DNA of 64,000 nt from Octopus sinensis (taxonomy: Eukaryota). Position 1 is the first letter of the stretch, and every line of letters starts with the position of its first letter. The notes under the pieces were generated by a model. That model was not told the DNA's origin. It saw only the letters and a program-made list of their open reading frames with translations, and did not search any database. Positions 13,088 through 27,646 of this stretch are shown here, piece by piece. Position numbers and translations under genes: made by a program. The stretch lies in contig NW_021824848.1 in assembly GCF_006345805.1 (NCBI RefSeq), forward strand, positions 1,707-65,706. Reading direction: 5' to 3'.

Positions 13088-13306
13088 GCAAGACTTCCCA
13101 TGAAATAACTATTTGGCAGAAAATGATGGACAAACGGCGAGTGTATCAAATGCTCAAAAAGAAGGTAATAGAAGATAACGGTTGGCAAAACGAACAATCG
13201 ATCACTGATGGTAAAAAAATTAGTGGATTGCAAAATAACTACTTCGAGTGTATATGGAATAATCCTGTGTTAACATGTAATATAACTGTACCTCGCCTTC
13301 AGACAT
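13088..13306 (+). CDS. Gene B exon 2: KTSHEITIWQKMMDKRR...NYFECIWNNPVLTCNITVPRLQT
   Basis: ctttgtttacag acceptor, GTAAGT donor at 13307, phase 1-1, open 219 nt (inside track ORF 13057..13494); C-x-W-x6-C motif as in C and D. Confidence 0.87.
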
Positions 13307-14069
13307 GTAAGTATTACACTGACATTTATACCTCTTTTTCGAACATCAAAATCTCAGTAAATGCAACGATTAAATCGAACATCTTGAAAATTTTCGACCT
13401 GCAAGAATTGCCAATCAAACCTCAAACGAATCCCGGACTGTCGTCTCAAAAGGAAGGCAAAAATTACAATGAAAATTGCAATAAAAATGTCTGAATAGAA
13501 ACAAGGAATGAGTCTAGAGGGCGCATCTGTTTTGACGCTGATGCGTTTGCATGGTTGTCGGGATACTCAAACTCTTTTGGCTATCCGTGTCTTTCTTTGT
13601 ATATATATATATAAACACACTTATACCAACTACCTTTCAATATAAATAGTTGATTTGTCAGAATTCACCCTGCCTCTCAAGGAGAATTAATACTTACCAA
13701 ATGACTACTGAGACTAGCACAACTCGAAAAGAGAGTTAATTTTACGGATGAAGAATTTGACCAAAATTGACACGCCGTTAAAGAAAACGACGGGCTTATG
13801 TCTGGAGATATCAAGTCAGACTCGTGCGCTTGTTTCTGGCACAACAGACACATATATACACCTAGTTTAAATTTACTTAAAACAAAAGACGAAGACAGGT
13901 GTGGGAACAACAAGCAAAAATATTAGTTTAACGCTCTAGACAAATGGAGAAGTCTTTTATATTTCGAACCTACGCTCTTTGAAAAAAAGTATTAAGGGGG
14001 AAAAATGGGGAGAGAATGAAAAAAAAACGGAGATAGATAAAACGTGCAGCGTACAACGGTCCAACATAG

Positions 14070-14160
<91 letters not shown>

Positions 14161-14721
14161 CCGACCGACGTGCTTCTACATAGCTTCCGTCTACGAACTT
14201 CACTAACGAAGCATTGGTCAGCCCATGTCTATAGCAGAAAACACTTGCCAGCGCTTCCCAAATGGTTGGGAAGCGAACTTCTTAAACATACACCTATGAC
14301 AGCACCAAACGTTTTTAATTTGCTATTATTTATTATTTATTTTTATTTACTTTTTAGTGTCTGTGATATTTCTGCTTTCATGGCATCTTAGAATTTCACA
14401 GATGCTAAACAATTGGGACATAACGTGATAACAGGACCGCCTTCTGCTATTTGAGATCCTTCACAGATACTAGTAATATGAGCCAGAGTGGACCCGAAGT
14501 TCTTGAAATCCTAATCTCTTCCACACAGCTTACCACCGAATGCATATCAATTTCATTCACCTCTTTCATCGCTTCCCATTCGTTCAGTAAGATGCCGGAA
14601 ATTTTGAACTAAGCAGAGACACATGCTCTTTTGTGACATTAGTTACCTCCCTTCCTGTTTACATCGTTGTTCACAAGCGGTAATAATTTTTAAAAATTCA
14701 AATATATTTTCTGTTTTCTAG

Positions 14722-14805
14722 TTTCCGTTATACTGCGAATGTCCGAGTATGTAGTCCGCATCATCATTTCAGCAGATGGTGAAGTAATTAAAAGTCAAAT
14801 ATTGC
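14722..14805 (+). CDS. Gene B exon 3: (F)SVILRMSEYVVRIIISADGEVIKSQIL
   Basis: ttttctgttttctag acceptor, GTGAGT donor at 14806, 84 nt, open only in the phase 1-1 frame; same size as gene C exon 3. Confidence 0.85.
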
Positions 14806-16448
14806 GTGAGTATCATTTAGCATTCCTAACACAATAACACATATAAAACATGTTGGTTTTTATCTGTCTGGTTTATTATAATATTATGTGTTGTTTTATT
14901 AAGTATATTTCTTCTTCACAGAATCCCAATGGACGGAGGGAAGATGAGACCCCACCCCACCCAACTCTTTAGCTGCTCAACAATGTTATGTTAAAGATAC
15001 ACCTACTTGTGGAATTCTCAGCCAGCAATACGTTAATTTAGCAGCAGGCAATTTAGTTGACTAAACACTTGAATCCTCATAGTCAAACGACAGAGGTCCA
15101 CCACTAGCAACAACAGTAGCAATGTTCACCGTGGAACTGAGGTTATACTTTATATTTGACAGTGTTTTTGATTCAATGTTTCCATAGAGAATTCTTATTT
15201 CTTTATTGCCCACAAGGGGCTAAACATAGAGGGGAAAACAAGGACAGACAAAGGGATTAAGTCGATTACATCGACCCCAGTGTGTAACTCGTACTTAATT
15301 TATCGACCCCGAAAGAATGAAAGGAAAAGTCGACCTCGGCAAAATTTGAACTCGGAACATAACGGCAGACGAAAAACGGCTAAGCATTTCGCCCGGCGTG
15401 CTAACGTTTCTGCCAGCTCGCTGCCTTAGACAATTCTTTTACCTTCATCGACCGTGATTGATTCAGTTTTATTGTATTTAGAGATGTCACGCACAGCATG
15501 AAATATGTAGACCGCCTGACTGTTTAATTTTTTTGGTGAATTTTGGTAGATCCTTTCTCTGCATATTGTGTTCAGATTTGGTTTCTTTCATTCGTCTTTT
15601 CAGATTTCACTTTCGTTGCTTTTTTACGTTTTCATCTTAGTTTATACTATTAACAATGAACTCATCCAGTCTGTGTTTCAGGTACCATTTTATTGTATAT
15701 GATGAATATCCATACAGTCAATAACTGTATTCTCATTTATAATCTTTCTCAATTGGTCGAAATGCAAAAATTGCGGAGTAATAGTTCGAGTGTTGAGCTT
15801 ACTATTCCAGAACAGGGTGTTGGCCTCATTATCATCACGCCATGCTTACTATCCCTGGACTGGGCGGTGTGTTTATCGATATCTTTTCCTATTGCTACAG
15901 TGTCCTTAACTGAAAATGAATTGCAGCGATGTGCTAGTGCAGCTCTCATTCCTGTCAGCCGCCGCATCCTCAGCGTTACGCAGAGTGAGGTATGAGATGG
16001 CTGGCAGAGAATCTATGTTTGCTGACTATTATAGAGAGACCTAAAGCACTTAACAAAAGTGTGGTACAAGCTGCCAGGCCGTATTTGCTGACCAGTGACA
16101 ACTAAGCTTAAAATATTTAGACAAGTCTAGAATTAGGGGGCGAAACCTTTTGTCAGGATGTTCTGTCATTTACTTATTTCTGTCATTGGACTGTGACTCA
16201 GCTGGGGAAAGCGTTGAACTGTTTACTATAAAGAATTGAACGCAGGATTTATATTTTAAGTCTGGTACTTATGGTATCGGTCCCTCTTTGCCGATACGCT
16301 ACATTATGTGGACGTATATAAAGCAACAAACGCAAGCACAAAAGCACATACACACACTTATTCATACACACATTTATACACACACTTATACTCACACACA
16401 TTTGCGCACGCACACACGCACGAACAGACATATGTGTATATGGTATCT

Positions 16449-16495
<47 letters not shown>

Positions 16496-17454
16496 TGAAG
16501 GAGGAGGAGGTGAGGTAGAGGAGGAGCACATGAAGGTAGTGGGGATAAAGGGTAAGGAAATTTGGTAGGTGGAAAACCAATTTATTGATCGAGGGACGGT
16601 CGAGACTCTCATGCCATCAAAATATATATGTCTCTTTCAAAGTGAGTGTATATATACAATATATATATATATATCTATATCTATATATATATATATATAT
16701 ATATATACACAAAATTTAGAGGAATGACCACTAATAGTGGACAGCCTGTATGCTAGATATAGACGTCAAACTCGCCATTTACCACGAAGAATGTGTTCTT
16801 AAGAAAAAATTCAGCAAAAACCAAAGTTTAAAATTAAGACAAATGAAAATATACGAAAATAAAAAACCGATTAACTACGTACTAATTAGTTTAACTTGTT
16901 AATATTTACGTATATGGATACACAGACATCTGCAAGATCGTCAGCGTAGTCTGTCGTTTACGAAATACAATTTCCAGAACTAGATACAGGGTGCTCGACC
17001 GAAATCCAGCATGTATAAAGCTCCACAAATTATATTTACGTGTATCTTTCAAATGCCTTTACTTCGGCGCGCTGTCTTATTTGTCTTATTTTTAAACTTT
17101 GGTTTTTGTTGATTTTTTTCTTGAGAACATTCTTCGTGGTAAATGGCGAGTTTGACGTCTATATCTAGCATACAGGCTGTCCACTATTAGTGGTCATTCC
17201 TCTAAATTTTTGTATGTATAAAATTTTTAATCTTCGGATTTTTTTAAAATATGCTAGGCCACTGGCTTTAATTGATTAATATCAATTTCTACCCTTATTT
17301 AATTTTATATATATATATATATATATGTGCATATATACACAGCTCTATTTTCACAGAGGCACTCATTGATACATATGCGTGTGTGTGTATTAGATATAGA
17401 TATATGTATACACGTATACAGGTAGTTTCTTTTGTGTATGTGTATATATATATA

Positions 17455-17486
<32 letters not shown>

Positions 17487-17638
17487 TCATGTGCGTGAGT
17501 GCCGATGAGTGGGTGTTTGTGCATGAGTAGACGTGTGTATGTATTACAAATATACATCCAGTAAGCTTATATATATTAATGTATTTTTCAACATTTTTGT
17601 AACCTCTGAAATTAGATTTTCTTCTGTATTTTTTACAG

Positions 17639-17955
17639 ATATTCATAGCATGTCTGTTAAAACGCTGAAATTCATCTTGGGATCCGCAAGTGTTTTGTTT
17701 ACCATATGCATAGACGATTACACTGAGAATTATCTTAAAGCATGTTTTCACATTGTTTACAGCGTATTCTTCTACCGAAAATCATTGTATGTTGGTTGTT
17801 TCCATAAACACTTTCTTTCATCTCAAAATATCTCATTGGACAGTGTCAAGGATTCGTTGCAATTTTCCGACATTGACAAGTTCCGCAGCCTTGAAAATAA
17901 CGTTGGGAGAAATAAAAAGCAAAATATCTACCTTTGTTTTTTCATGGAGGATTAG
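17639..17955 (+). CDS. Gene B terminal exon 4: (H)IHSMSVKTLKFILGSASVLFTICIDDYTENYLKACFHIVYSVFFYRKSLYVGCFHKHF...FFMED*; full protein 237 aa
   Basis: ttcttctgtattttttacag acceptor; phase 1; aligns to gene A exon 4 (V.FT..I..YT......CF...Y....Y.....[IV]GC..K.F); ends at TAG 17953-17955. Confidence 0.85.
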
Positions 17956-18149
17956 AAGTAAATATGATTTGAACTTAGTGACAACAAACTATATATGGCC
18001 ATTAATATATCTGAATGAAAACAAAGCTAATGTATACATTGATATTACAATGAACGCATAACCCATTCGACTATGATCCATGGTGTTTGTCCAATGATTT
18101 AACTTACTATACGGATATGTCATGATCTATGGAAAAACTCTACTCTGTA

Positions 18150-18640
18150 TTCCCTTGTCAAGAATTGAAACATCTCTCACTCTGACAATTATTGTTTTAT
18201 TCTACTTATTTTCAACATCTCAAAGCCAAAAAGACAGTTGTTAACCGAGAGAAACTTCAAAACTTATGATCCATCTTTTTCTCCCACTTCGCCCTCGCCC
18301 ATCGTTCTTTCTTTTCCTCCTTAATTGCCTCCAGCAACTCATTTGTACAACATTATCCGTCGCGCATTACACGAACCTTTATTTCTGTAATTTATGAGAA
18401 CATAAACAAGCGTTGAACAATTACATCATTTCCGACATTGTGTGCTTGCTTGTCGATGTACTTCTTTCAGAGATCCACATATTTGATTATTCATAAGTTT
18501 TTCGGTTGATCGCACAGGTATCCATGCAGCGTGTCCAGCACGTCCTCGTCGTTATCACATCGACGACATCGTAAAGGATGTTTCTCGTAGAGAAGCAGTT
18601 GTTGAAGCCGAAGGTGGGTTTATTGAATAACATTATAGAA
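18150..18640 (-). mobile_element. Degenerate L1/Tx1-like LINE ORF2 C-terminal fragment
   Basis: - strand reads RCRRCDNDEDVLDTLHGYLC..P..L.IIKYV...MRDG...NELLEAIKEEKKER with several stops, resembling the C-terminal CxxC..H..C region. Confidence 0.45.
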
Positions 18641-19670
18641 AAGGATTGTTTTTATCCTCGTAGCACTTTTTGACAAAGTTATTATCTGTTATTATATATC
18701 TGGGTTTTTTTTATATAAACATAAATCTATCCTCAAATACCCTCAGCTGCTTAAATAAATAAATAAAATTTTTAATCAGTCGGATACATTAATATAATTT
18801 TACTCAAACACTCAAGTAGAGCAAGAAGACAAAAAGAGTCCATGTTGCCACTAATGTAGCTAAGAATATACTACACTTCCAAGAAATGTATGAAATTTAT
18901 TGAAGTCAAAGCTTGTAAAGGATTGTGGTTCATTTTTAATAACAGTCTTATTACCAACTATCAAATCTAAGACTAGATGGCTGTGTCTGTTTAGAATGGA
19001 GGGAAGGAGTGAGTTGACAGCTCATGGCGAGGTATGGTCATAAATATTGTCAGGATTTTAGGATTAGTATAAAGTAACTGTCTATAAAGGATGTTGGTTA
19101 TGGAAAGACCCCAAACCAAGATGTTAATTACTAGTTAAAGGGGCAAGGCGCTAATAAAACCTATGATGTTAATACAGAGAAAATTATCATGGGGTACTAT
19201 GGGTGATTGTATATAAACAATATTGTTATGTCGTATAAAGATAAAATTTAAGATTATTAAAAATGATATTATAACCAGAATAGATAAAATGTGTATATAT
19301 ACCAATTATTAACATTAGAAAGGGAAGATTACATATAATTAGTTTAATATTCATTTATGTACTTAATTATTTACTTATTAGGTGGTTTCTATAAAGACTG
19401 CTCAGGGGATTTACTTATGGAATACTGGGGCGATAAATCATGCTATCTATATATTAATTATAAGCTAATTATAAGGCGCAGGAGTGGCTGTGTGGTAAGT
19501 AGCTTGCTTACCAACCACATGGTTCCGGGCTCATCGTGGCATCTTGGGCAAGTGTCTTCTGCTATAGCCTCGGGCCAACCAATGCCTTGTGTGCGGATTT
19601 GGTAGACGGAAACTGAGAGAAGCCTGTCGAATATATGTATGTATATGTATATATATATATATATAGATAT

Positions 19671-19703
<33 letters not shown>

Positions 19704-21536
19704 GTAGATGTGTGTATATGTTTGTGTGTCTGTGTTTGTCCCCCACCATCGCTTGACAACCGATGCTGGTGTGTTTACGTCCCCGTAACTTAGCGGTTCG
19801 GCAATAGAGACCGATAGAATAAGTACTGGGCTTACAAAGAATAAGTCCCGGGGTCGATATGCTCGACTAAAGGCGGTGCTCCAGCATGGCCGCAGTCAAA
19901 TGACTGGAACAAGTAAAAGAGTAAAATCAGGAAAAAATCGGGGGAAAAATAAGTTGTGCACAGATACATACACATATTTAACTATGTACTCACATGCAAA
20001 TAAACACAAATATTTGTACTTTATTATGGGTATGTTATAATCACCTCTCACTGGAAAGTTTATAACTCTATTTAAGAATATTAACATCTTATAAAGGATA
20101 AGAGGTTAATAGGTAAATGTATCAAAATAAGAAAACAAAATAACAGATTATAGAGAATAGTAAGAAAATATATATATAACATACATTTTAAAGAGACAGC
20201 GTATTAAAATTTGAAGTAGGGAAGAGATAAAGATAAGTCCGCAGATAAAGCAATAGGTATACTAGTAGTGAGGGCAGTAGGAGGTATTCAGACCGAAGGA
20301 GTATTTAATAAGTTATAAAGTTACTTTTGTTCTTTGCTATTACATACATGATTTTATAGTTTCATTAGGAGGCTTACTTACCTAAAAGCCATTACAAAAT
20401 ATATATGACATAAGAGGGATCAGCCATCTGAATGTGGCTAGGGTCAGGGCGGGGTGGTGGGGGTGTTACTGATGCATTTAGCCCCAGGCGAACATCGACG
20501 TCACCAGAAGAGCTGACACCATCTCGGTGTCCTTGCCAGCCAGCAAAGGGAGATCAGCCTCCCCGAAGATACGGATACTACACACGGACCGGTTTCGAGG
20601 TTATTGCCTCTTGTCAACGTATGGTAAGCGCCGCTCTTCGTTGAGGGACTTCCTCCGCAGGCTGGATATATAAAGATTTTCACAGTAACCACAGTCACTG
20701 GCGTAGAAAATCTGTTCGAAAACTATAATAAATCTCTGGGCGAGATATAAACAGTAACTGCTCTATAACATAAGAGGGATCAGCCATCTGAATGTGGCTA
20801 GGGTCAGGGCGGGGTGGTGTCAGTAACACACCCACCACCCCGCCCTGACCCTAGCCACATTCAGATGGCTGATCCCTCTTATGTTATAGAGCAGTTACTG
20901 TTTATATCTCGCCCAGAGATTTATTATTGTTTTCAAAATATATATGATTAGTAGGGTAGAACATCATAGAAAGGAATAGTTTAATCACCATGATGAAGTC
21001 AGACTAACTGGGCAGGATTATTCATAGTAACTACTATACCATATGAGATATACATTATATATCTCAATATCCCATGATTTTATTATTTATAATACTAGGA
21101 GTTAAGTTCACATCAGATATGACACTAAACATTAATTTCCCAAGTATAGCACCTTAAAAACGCTAATTTCGAAAATATTTGAATGTACTCTATGTACGCA
21201 TAATACCGTTAGGCCTAATCTGTTATTATTTACAAACTATGACCCCTTCCCCAAAACTTCATACAGTTCTTACAAGTGTAGTATATTCTTAGCTACATTA
21301 GTGTCAACATGGGCTCTTTCCCTATTCTTGCTCTATTAGTGCAATTGAGTAAAATTATATTAATGTGTCCAACGGATAAAAAAAATTCTATTTATTTATG
21401 CAACTGGGGATAGCCCTGCATTTAAATTTGTGCGATGATTGTATTGTTCAATTAAATTGAGCCGCATGAAACTGTAGTACAGTTTGATATCCTGTTGCTT
21501 ATTTTGATTATATATGTGTGCGTGTGTGTGTGTATT

Positions 21537-21648
<112 letters not shown>

Positions 21649-21650
21649 TA

Positions 21651-21692
<42 letters not shown>

Positions 21693-22106
21693 TTACATAC
21701 ATACAAATATATATATTATATATATATACACACGCGCGCACTCACGTATGTGTGCATGTGTGTATGTATGTATACGTTCATTATATGTGTTTAGGAACGA
21801 TTGGGGAAACAATAAATCTTAATAACAATAGAATTTTTCATTCTTCAATTTTCTTTATTTCGCTTTTTACAGTTGTCTGTTACAATTAATGGCAAAAATA
21901 TCTTTAAACTTAATATATTTATCAACGAACCCAATATCTATTTTTGTCTTCCGATTAATAAGTTGGTTTTTTTTTTTTTGTCAATCTAAAAATAGTTCTC
22001 TTGTTGGTTTTATACAACTGAATATGAAGCTCTCAAATCTTCAAGGTAGCCATTGAATTGATATTTGCGTTATTGACATGGAAATTGGTCCGCCACGTCG
22101 ACCGTT

Positions 22107-22279
22107 CTAATATTGTTTACTTGTACAGCCAATTTGATTGTTGAAATTATAATGATCAGTATGATAATCAGCCTTAAAACACAACAGGACACTTTTCATG
22201 GAGAAAGATTCGAGTTTCATCTCAAACTCGAGTTTTACATGCGAAACAGCCATATGAAGCTTGCAGTCATTATTGCGAT
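22107..22279 (-). CDS. Gene C terminal exon 4: (D)RNNDCKLHMAVSHVKLEFEMKLESFSMKSVLLCFKADYHTDHYNFNNQIGCTSKQY*; early TAG, homologous frame continues to 22041
   Basis: actttatttaattcacag acceptor on the - strand; CFKADY and IGC motifs; 3' UTR alignable to A and D. Confidence 0.88.
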
Positions 22280-22449
22280 CTGTGAATTAAATAAAGTAAT
22301 TATACACATCAAAGTGAACTAGAGTGTATAAATTCACACAAGCTAACACACACACACACACAAACACACGCGCATATGATTTGAATAATACATGTAACTC
22401 CAAATAAATGTGTTGAGTGCACTTTCTTTTGTTTGTCCACTCACTCGTG

Positions 22450-22517
<68 letters not shown>

Positions 22518-22699
22518 TATATAAGGAGAATTCATTAAAAAAATGAACACAGGTGGTGTAGACAACAAACAGATGTATTAGTATAACGTTCGGGAAGTGA
22601 AACAGTCTTTAACGTTTCCAGCCTACGCTCGTCCACAGAAAGAAACAAGGAGAGAAAATAAAGAATGTGTAGTGGCTAGCGATCTATCATAGGCCCGGA

Positions 22700-23220
22700 T
22701 TTATGTATGGGCCCATAAAGCTGGCATCTAGAATACGCCTGGCATATGCAATGTGCCTGGCATCTGGAATGTTGTCAGACACACACCGTGCCGTAACTGT
22801 CTGCCACTCGAGGTTCTACCTTAATTATCTAGAGGTGAATAAGTGCGACAAAGTTACAGGAGAAACTCTAGATGTCAATGAGGAGGAACTAGCTGGTCTG
22901 TTACGTGATATTCTCGGCGTGATCACTAACATAGCTTCTAGAAATCCATGGCCTGCTATAGCCACATAGCAATACTACTGGTACAAGATAATCTGTACAG
23001 GAACCGATGCGCTGCTTGTTGGGACTGCTCGAGATGTACGCAGAGCGACATGACCGTACTGCATGTACTTCTACAGATTTCGAGTACTGCTTACGCGTGG
23101 AGTTATATCAAACAGGTCCTGTTGCATGCGATATGAAACCAACTATTTTCCGAATCCATCGTGAGGGACCACTTCACGTTTTTCCTTCAACGAGGCGGGG
23201 CAAGCGGTGTTCCTCCGTTT
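22700..23220 (+). mobile_element. Degenerate Tx1/L1-like LINE ORF2 3' fragment; second copy at ~38500-38720
   Basis: CSRCTQSDMTVLHVLLQ..AYAWSYIKQVLL and SRNPWP match the element at 62630-64000 (RDPWP, DLWAYVERL); KVTGETLDV shared with 38499-38735. Confidence 0.65.
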
Positions 23221-23355
23221 AGTTCTATAGTGAAAGAGGATGTAAAGTAGACGAGACTGAAAAGACTGATACAAACACTTTATTCTTCGGTGAAGCTTCC
23301 ATCGATTTTTAAAGTTCAACTTCGAAAGAAAAATGAGGATGGTGAAGGAAGTGTC

Positions 23356-23446
<91 letters not shown>

Positions 23447-24316
23447 CCTCGCTCTCTCTCCCTCTCTCTCTCCAACGACTTGTCAAAAGGCGAGGAACTG
23501 ACGCAAATATGGTTTGGATGAATGGACCTAGTAACAGTATGCATCTATAGATTGAAGAACACTCGTAGGTGAATGTGTGCGCCCTTTGTAAGGACTATAA
23601 TCCTAGATCTGTGGGATTCCTTGATGAACCCTAGTCGGAGGACCTCCAGTATCAGGAGGAATACATCTTCTGATGTGTTCACATATGCTGTATACTTTAT
23701 CTTTTATTTCATTCCATCCTTCTCTAGCTTTCTTCTCTTCAACTTTTTAGGTAAACTCCTACACAAATTATATGATGTCCTTGTAATGTCCCCCTCATCT
23801 GGTGTCCCTGTGGCAATTAAAAGAAATAACCTTCATGCTTATTTTTGTGGTTATTGTTGATGCAACTTTCATTCCCTTCGGGAAATCAAGTACTGGTGTG
23901 AGTGAAGCTACCAAAATATTCCCTCAAATAAACCAACTGTATTGAAGATGTTGTTGTAGGTGTTGTCGTTGCTACGACTACTGCTGCTTCTGAAGCTGTT
24001 ATATATTGTTGCAAAGTTCATTCGCGACAACCAAGATTCGGTTATCTTGCCTTCGTCAGACAGTCAGAAAAAAGCAAATAAGCCGAACTTTCGAAGCCAA
24101 TGTCAAACATTTTCGTGTACAAATAAACAATTAATATATTGTGCTTTAATTAAGAGTTATATTTACACACACACACACACGTACACGCACACGCTCACAC
24201 ACAGATGTAAAAGCATTTATATATATGTGTGTGTGTATGCATTTATGTATATGTATTTGTACATACATGTGAATATTTACGTGTGTGTGCATATGTGTGT
24301 ATATATATATATATAT

Positions 24317-24369
<53 letters not shown>

Positions 24370-24422
24370 TACACAAACACAATCACAAGCGTGTGAGTGT
24401 GTTTGTGTATGTGCGCCCGTGT

Positions 24423-24486
<64 letters not shown>

Positions 24487-24795
24487 TCAAATACCTGTCA
24501 CAAGGCATTTGTTAATCCGTGTCTATACTCGAAGGTTCTCATTCCAAGTGCCACATTATTTGACCAAATGGAACCAAGTAGTCATAAGCAGAACTTCTTA
24601 ATACTTCGGCAATAATTGTTTCGTAGAAGCTGTTAAGTTCAATACTCTCCAAAGCCGACTGTTTTTTTTTTTTTTTACTTTTTGATTAAATATTACTGGC
24701 AATAAATTACTTTTACTCCATAAACCTCTGACAAGTATAGACTTTCACCTATTTCACAAAACAATGCCAATGTCATTTGAACGATTGATACTTAC

Positions 24796-24879
24796 CATCT
24801 AAATGCCCATTTAACTTTACGCTTCCTGCATTAACTTCATACAATAGATATGGGTAGTAATCATGCATTTTCACACATA
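24796..24879 (-). CDS. Gene C exon 3: (V)CVKMHDYYPYLLYEVNAGSVKLNGHLD
   Basis: cttgtttatatttttcag acceptor, GTAAGT donor, 84 nt, phase 1-1, homologous to A and D exon 3. Confidence 0.9.
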
Positions 24880-25999
24880 CTGAAAAATATAAACAAGACA
24901 GAAGCCCAAACTTTAGTATGGAAAACAAAGAACAAACTCCATTACATGAATAATGGATTTCTAATAAATGTACAAGAGCAGCAACTTAAGTGGGCAAACG
25001 GTTTGTTTTTCCATCGATCGTTGTACTTCACTGGTACTTTATTTTCGTTAATACCGAATTCAATATGCATTCATCCCAGAGCTTCTAAGTCATTACGAGA
25101 AACTCCAGGCAAATTTCAACAATGGTGAAGAAAAGATTACGGAATCAGCAGGATGGCAGGATGACATGAAATTTCTATTTCATTTGACTAGAGCTGTTCG
25201 TTTCTTTGAAGAAACCGAGAAATTTCCTACTGTAAAGTTTCCAAAAATACCCAACTTAAGTAATGCAAGTTGGAATTCTCGATCAATACTAGCTCTTTTA
25301 GCATTTATTCTTCTACCAGAGAAAAGAGTTTTGCTACTCAATGTTTGTCGATTCATCTCTTACAGCTGAGCAGATTTTTGGTTTACTGACCAACTATTCA
25401 ATTCACATGATTATCAGAAGTTATGTGGTAACCTGCAAGTTCATAAAAAAAGCAAGAGTAGATGGCGTTGGGATATGGAGTGAGAACGTAAACGAATAGA
25501 ACAAATACTACAAGTAATTTCTTCCGGTGCTCCAACGATTGCACCAGTCCACCATCCATTAAGGGATTATTCTGATTTTGTTGTTATGGTGGTGGTAAAT
25601 TAAGAGAATCATTAGAGCGTCGGGAAAAAAATGCCCTGCAAAATTTCTTCCGATCCGAAGGCAAGAGAGCTGACAGAACTGTTATCACCCCAGGCGAAAT
25701 ACTTCGCGCTATGTCGTCCGTCTTCACGTTCTTAATTCAAATTCTGCCGAGGTCGACTTTGCCCTTTATCCTTTCGGGATGAGCACCGGGGTCGACGTAA
25801 CCGCTCTACCGGGCCTTGTGCCAAAATCTGAAAGCTGTATGTCTTTTGGCCCGAAGGCGGTAAACTGACAGAATCGTTAGCACACCGGACACAATACTTA
25901 ACAGCATTTAGTTCGTCTTCTTTGGGGATGGGGTTCAAACTCGGCTGAGGTTGACTTTCCCTTTCATCTTCTCAAAATCGATAGAATAAGTAACAACTG

Positions 26000-26900
26000 A
26001 ATAATGGGATCGGCGAATGGTCATTGCATTTTGATAGTAAACGTACTGATGACCAAGAATACCAAGTGCTAGTTTTAAAGAAGGAACAGGGAGAAGTTAA
26101 GCTAGAAGAATTCCAGTCACCAAATGGAAAAGCCGATACTGTTGTGAAAGGAATAACAGCTGTTTTAGATTAATACAATTAATGGAACTATCTAAAGGTG
26201 ATTGTTGCTGATACAACGAGTGTGAACACTGGGAAAAGAAATGCCATGGTCCTTCAGTTTAAAACTGTTTGTTCAAAGGGATTTGAAATAATCGGACTTT
26301 ATTAGCTGTCAGCATCATATCCTTGTTATAGTTCTTCGTGTTGTAATTGATATACTTTCATCCCAGAGCTTCTAATTACGAGAAACTCCTGGCTAATTTC
26401 AACAATGGTGAAGAAAAGATTACGGAATCAGCAGGATGGCAGGATGACATGAAATTTCTATTTCATTTGACTAGAGCTGTTCGTTTCTTTGAAGAAACCG
26501 AGAAATTTCCTACTGTAAAGTTTCCAAAAATACCCAAGTAATGCAAGTTGGAATTCTCGATCAATACTAGCTCTTTTAGCATTTATTCTTCTACCAGAGA
26601 AAAGAGTTTTGCTTCTCAATATTTGTGATTCATCTCTTACAGCTGGGAAGATTTTTGGGTTTACTAACCAAATGTTCAATGCAAATGATTATCAGAAGTT
26701 ATGTGGTGGTAGCTTGTAAGTTCATAAAAAGCATTGAACTCTGTAAAATATTTTTGAAGTCCAGAACCATCAAAACTGGAAATTCCCAGAACAAATCAAA
26801 GTGCAGAACGGGCAATCAAATGCTTTCAAGACAGTTATGATGTTTGTAAACAGGAGAAACTTCAGCTTCGATTTATTTTATGTAACCAAACATTAATTCT
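26000..26900 (+). mobile_element. Decayed DDE transposase fragment with IVADTTSVNTG and CQHHIL (CxxH) motifs; ~370 bp of it duplicated at ~25067-25445
   Basis: Conceptual translation with stops and frameshifts; the CxxH motif is known from hAT/P/MULE-type transposases; direct repeat 25067-25445 vs 26357-26720. Confidence 0.55.
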
Positions 26901-27334
26901 TTGTTATTCTTAAAAATAAATCGAAGCTGAAGTTTCTCCTGTTTACAAACATCATAACTGTCTTGAAAGCATTTGATTGCCCGTTCTGCACTTTGATTTG
27001 TTCTGGGAATTTCCAGTTTTGAATTTCCATCTAGTGATTATAGTTTTAAAAACCCATAACTCTGAAACTACTTCAACTAGAAAGCTGAAATTACAGACAT
27101 ATTATTTCTGCATTGCATTGAGTCAGCACAGCAAGTTTGGTAAGATCTAGGTGTTATGATCCCACACCACTAGAATTTTACATGATTTGGGTTAAAACTG
27201 GTGTTCGATTTCTTAAGTTTGGGGAGACGTGTTTTTCAAATAAAGCAAAATAAATGTTATTTTCCTTACTTTCATGAAATTATTTATCGAATTATAGTAT
27301 AGGGTTATTAGGTTGTGAAAAAATCATACACCTA

Positions 27335-27397
<63 letters not shown>

Positions 27398-27646
27398 TGT
27401 GTGTGTATGTATATGTCTATGTGTGTGTGTGCCTTTGTGTCTGTGTTTGTCCCACATCGCCGCTCAATGAGCGGTGTTGGTGTGCTTACCTCCCCGTAAC
27501 TTAGCAGTTCAGCAACAGAGACCATTGACTAGGTTTGTTAGCAATATCTGTTTCAGCATATGTGATCACACCAGAAATCATTACAAACCAAATACGAATA
27601 GGCTTGTATATTATTTGCAGAATGAACGACAAATGCCTCACTTTTA

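Noticed and set aside
13057-13494. 145-aa ORF as a standalone gene
   Set aside because: Only 13088-13306 is exonic; a GTAAGT donor at 13307 and homology to C and D end there.
13690-13870. Possible Cys-containing exon (DSCACFWHNR) in gene B intron 2
   Set aside because: In-frame stop, no credible splice sites, and exons 2 and 3 already join in frame.
15693-15995. 100-aa and 72-aa overlapping ORFs in gene B intron 3
   Set aside because: No recognisable motifs or splice structure; cannot be supported.
18520-18615. Apparent 96-nt phase 1-1 exon on + (GIHAACPARPRRYHIDDIVKDVSRREAVVEAE)
   Set aside because: No similarity to the gene family and no partner exons; the opposite strand reads as a decayed LINE ORF2 C-terminus, so it is probably an antisense open frame.
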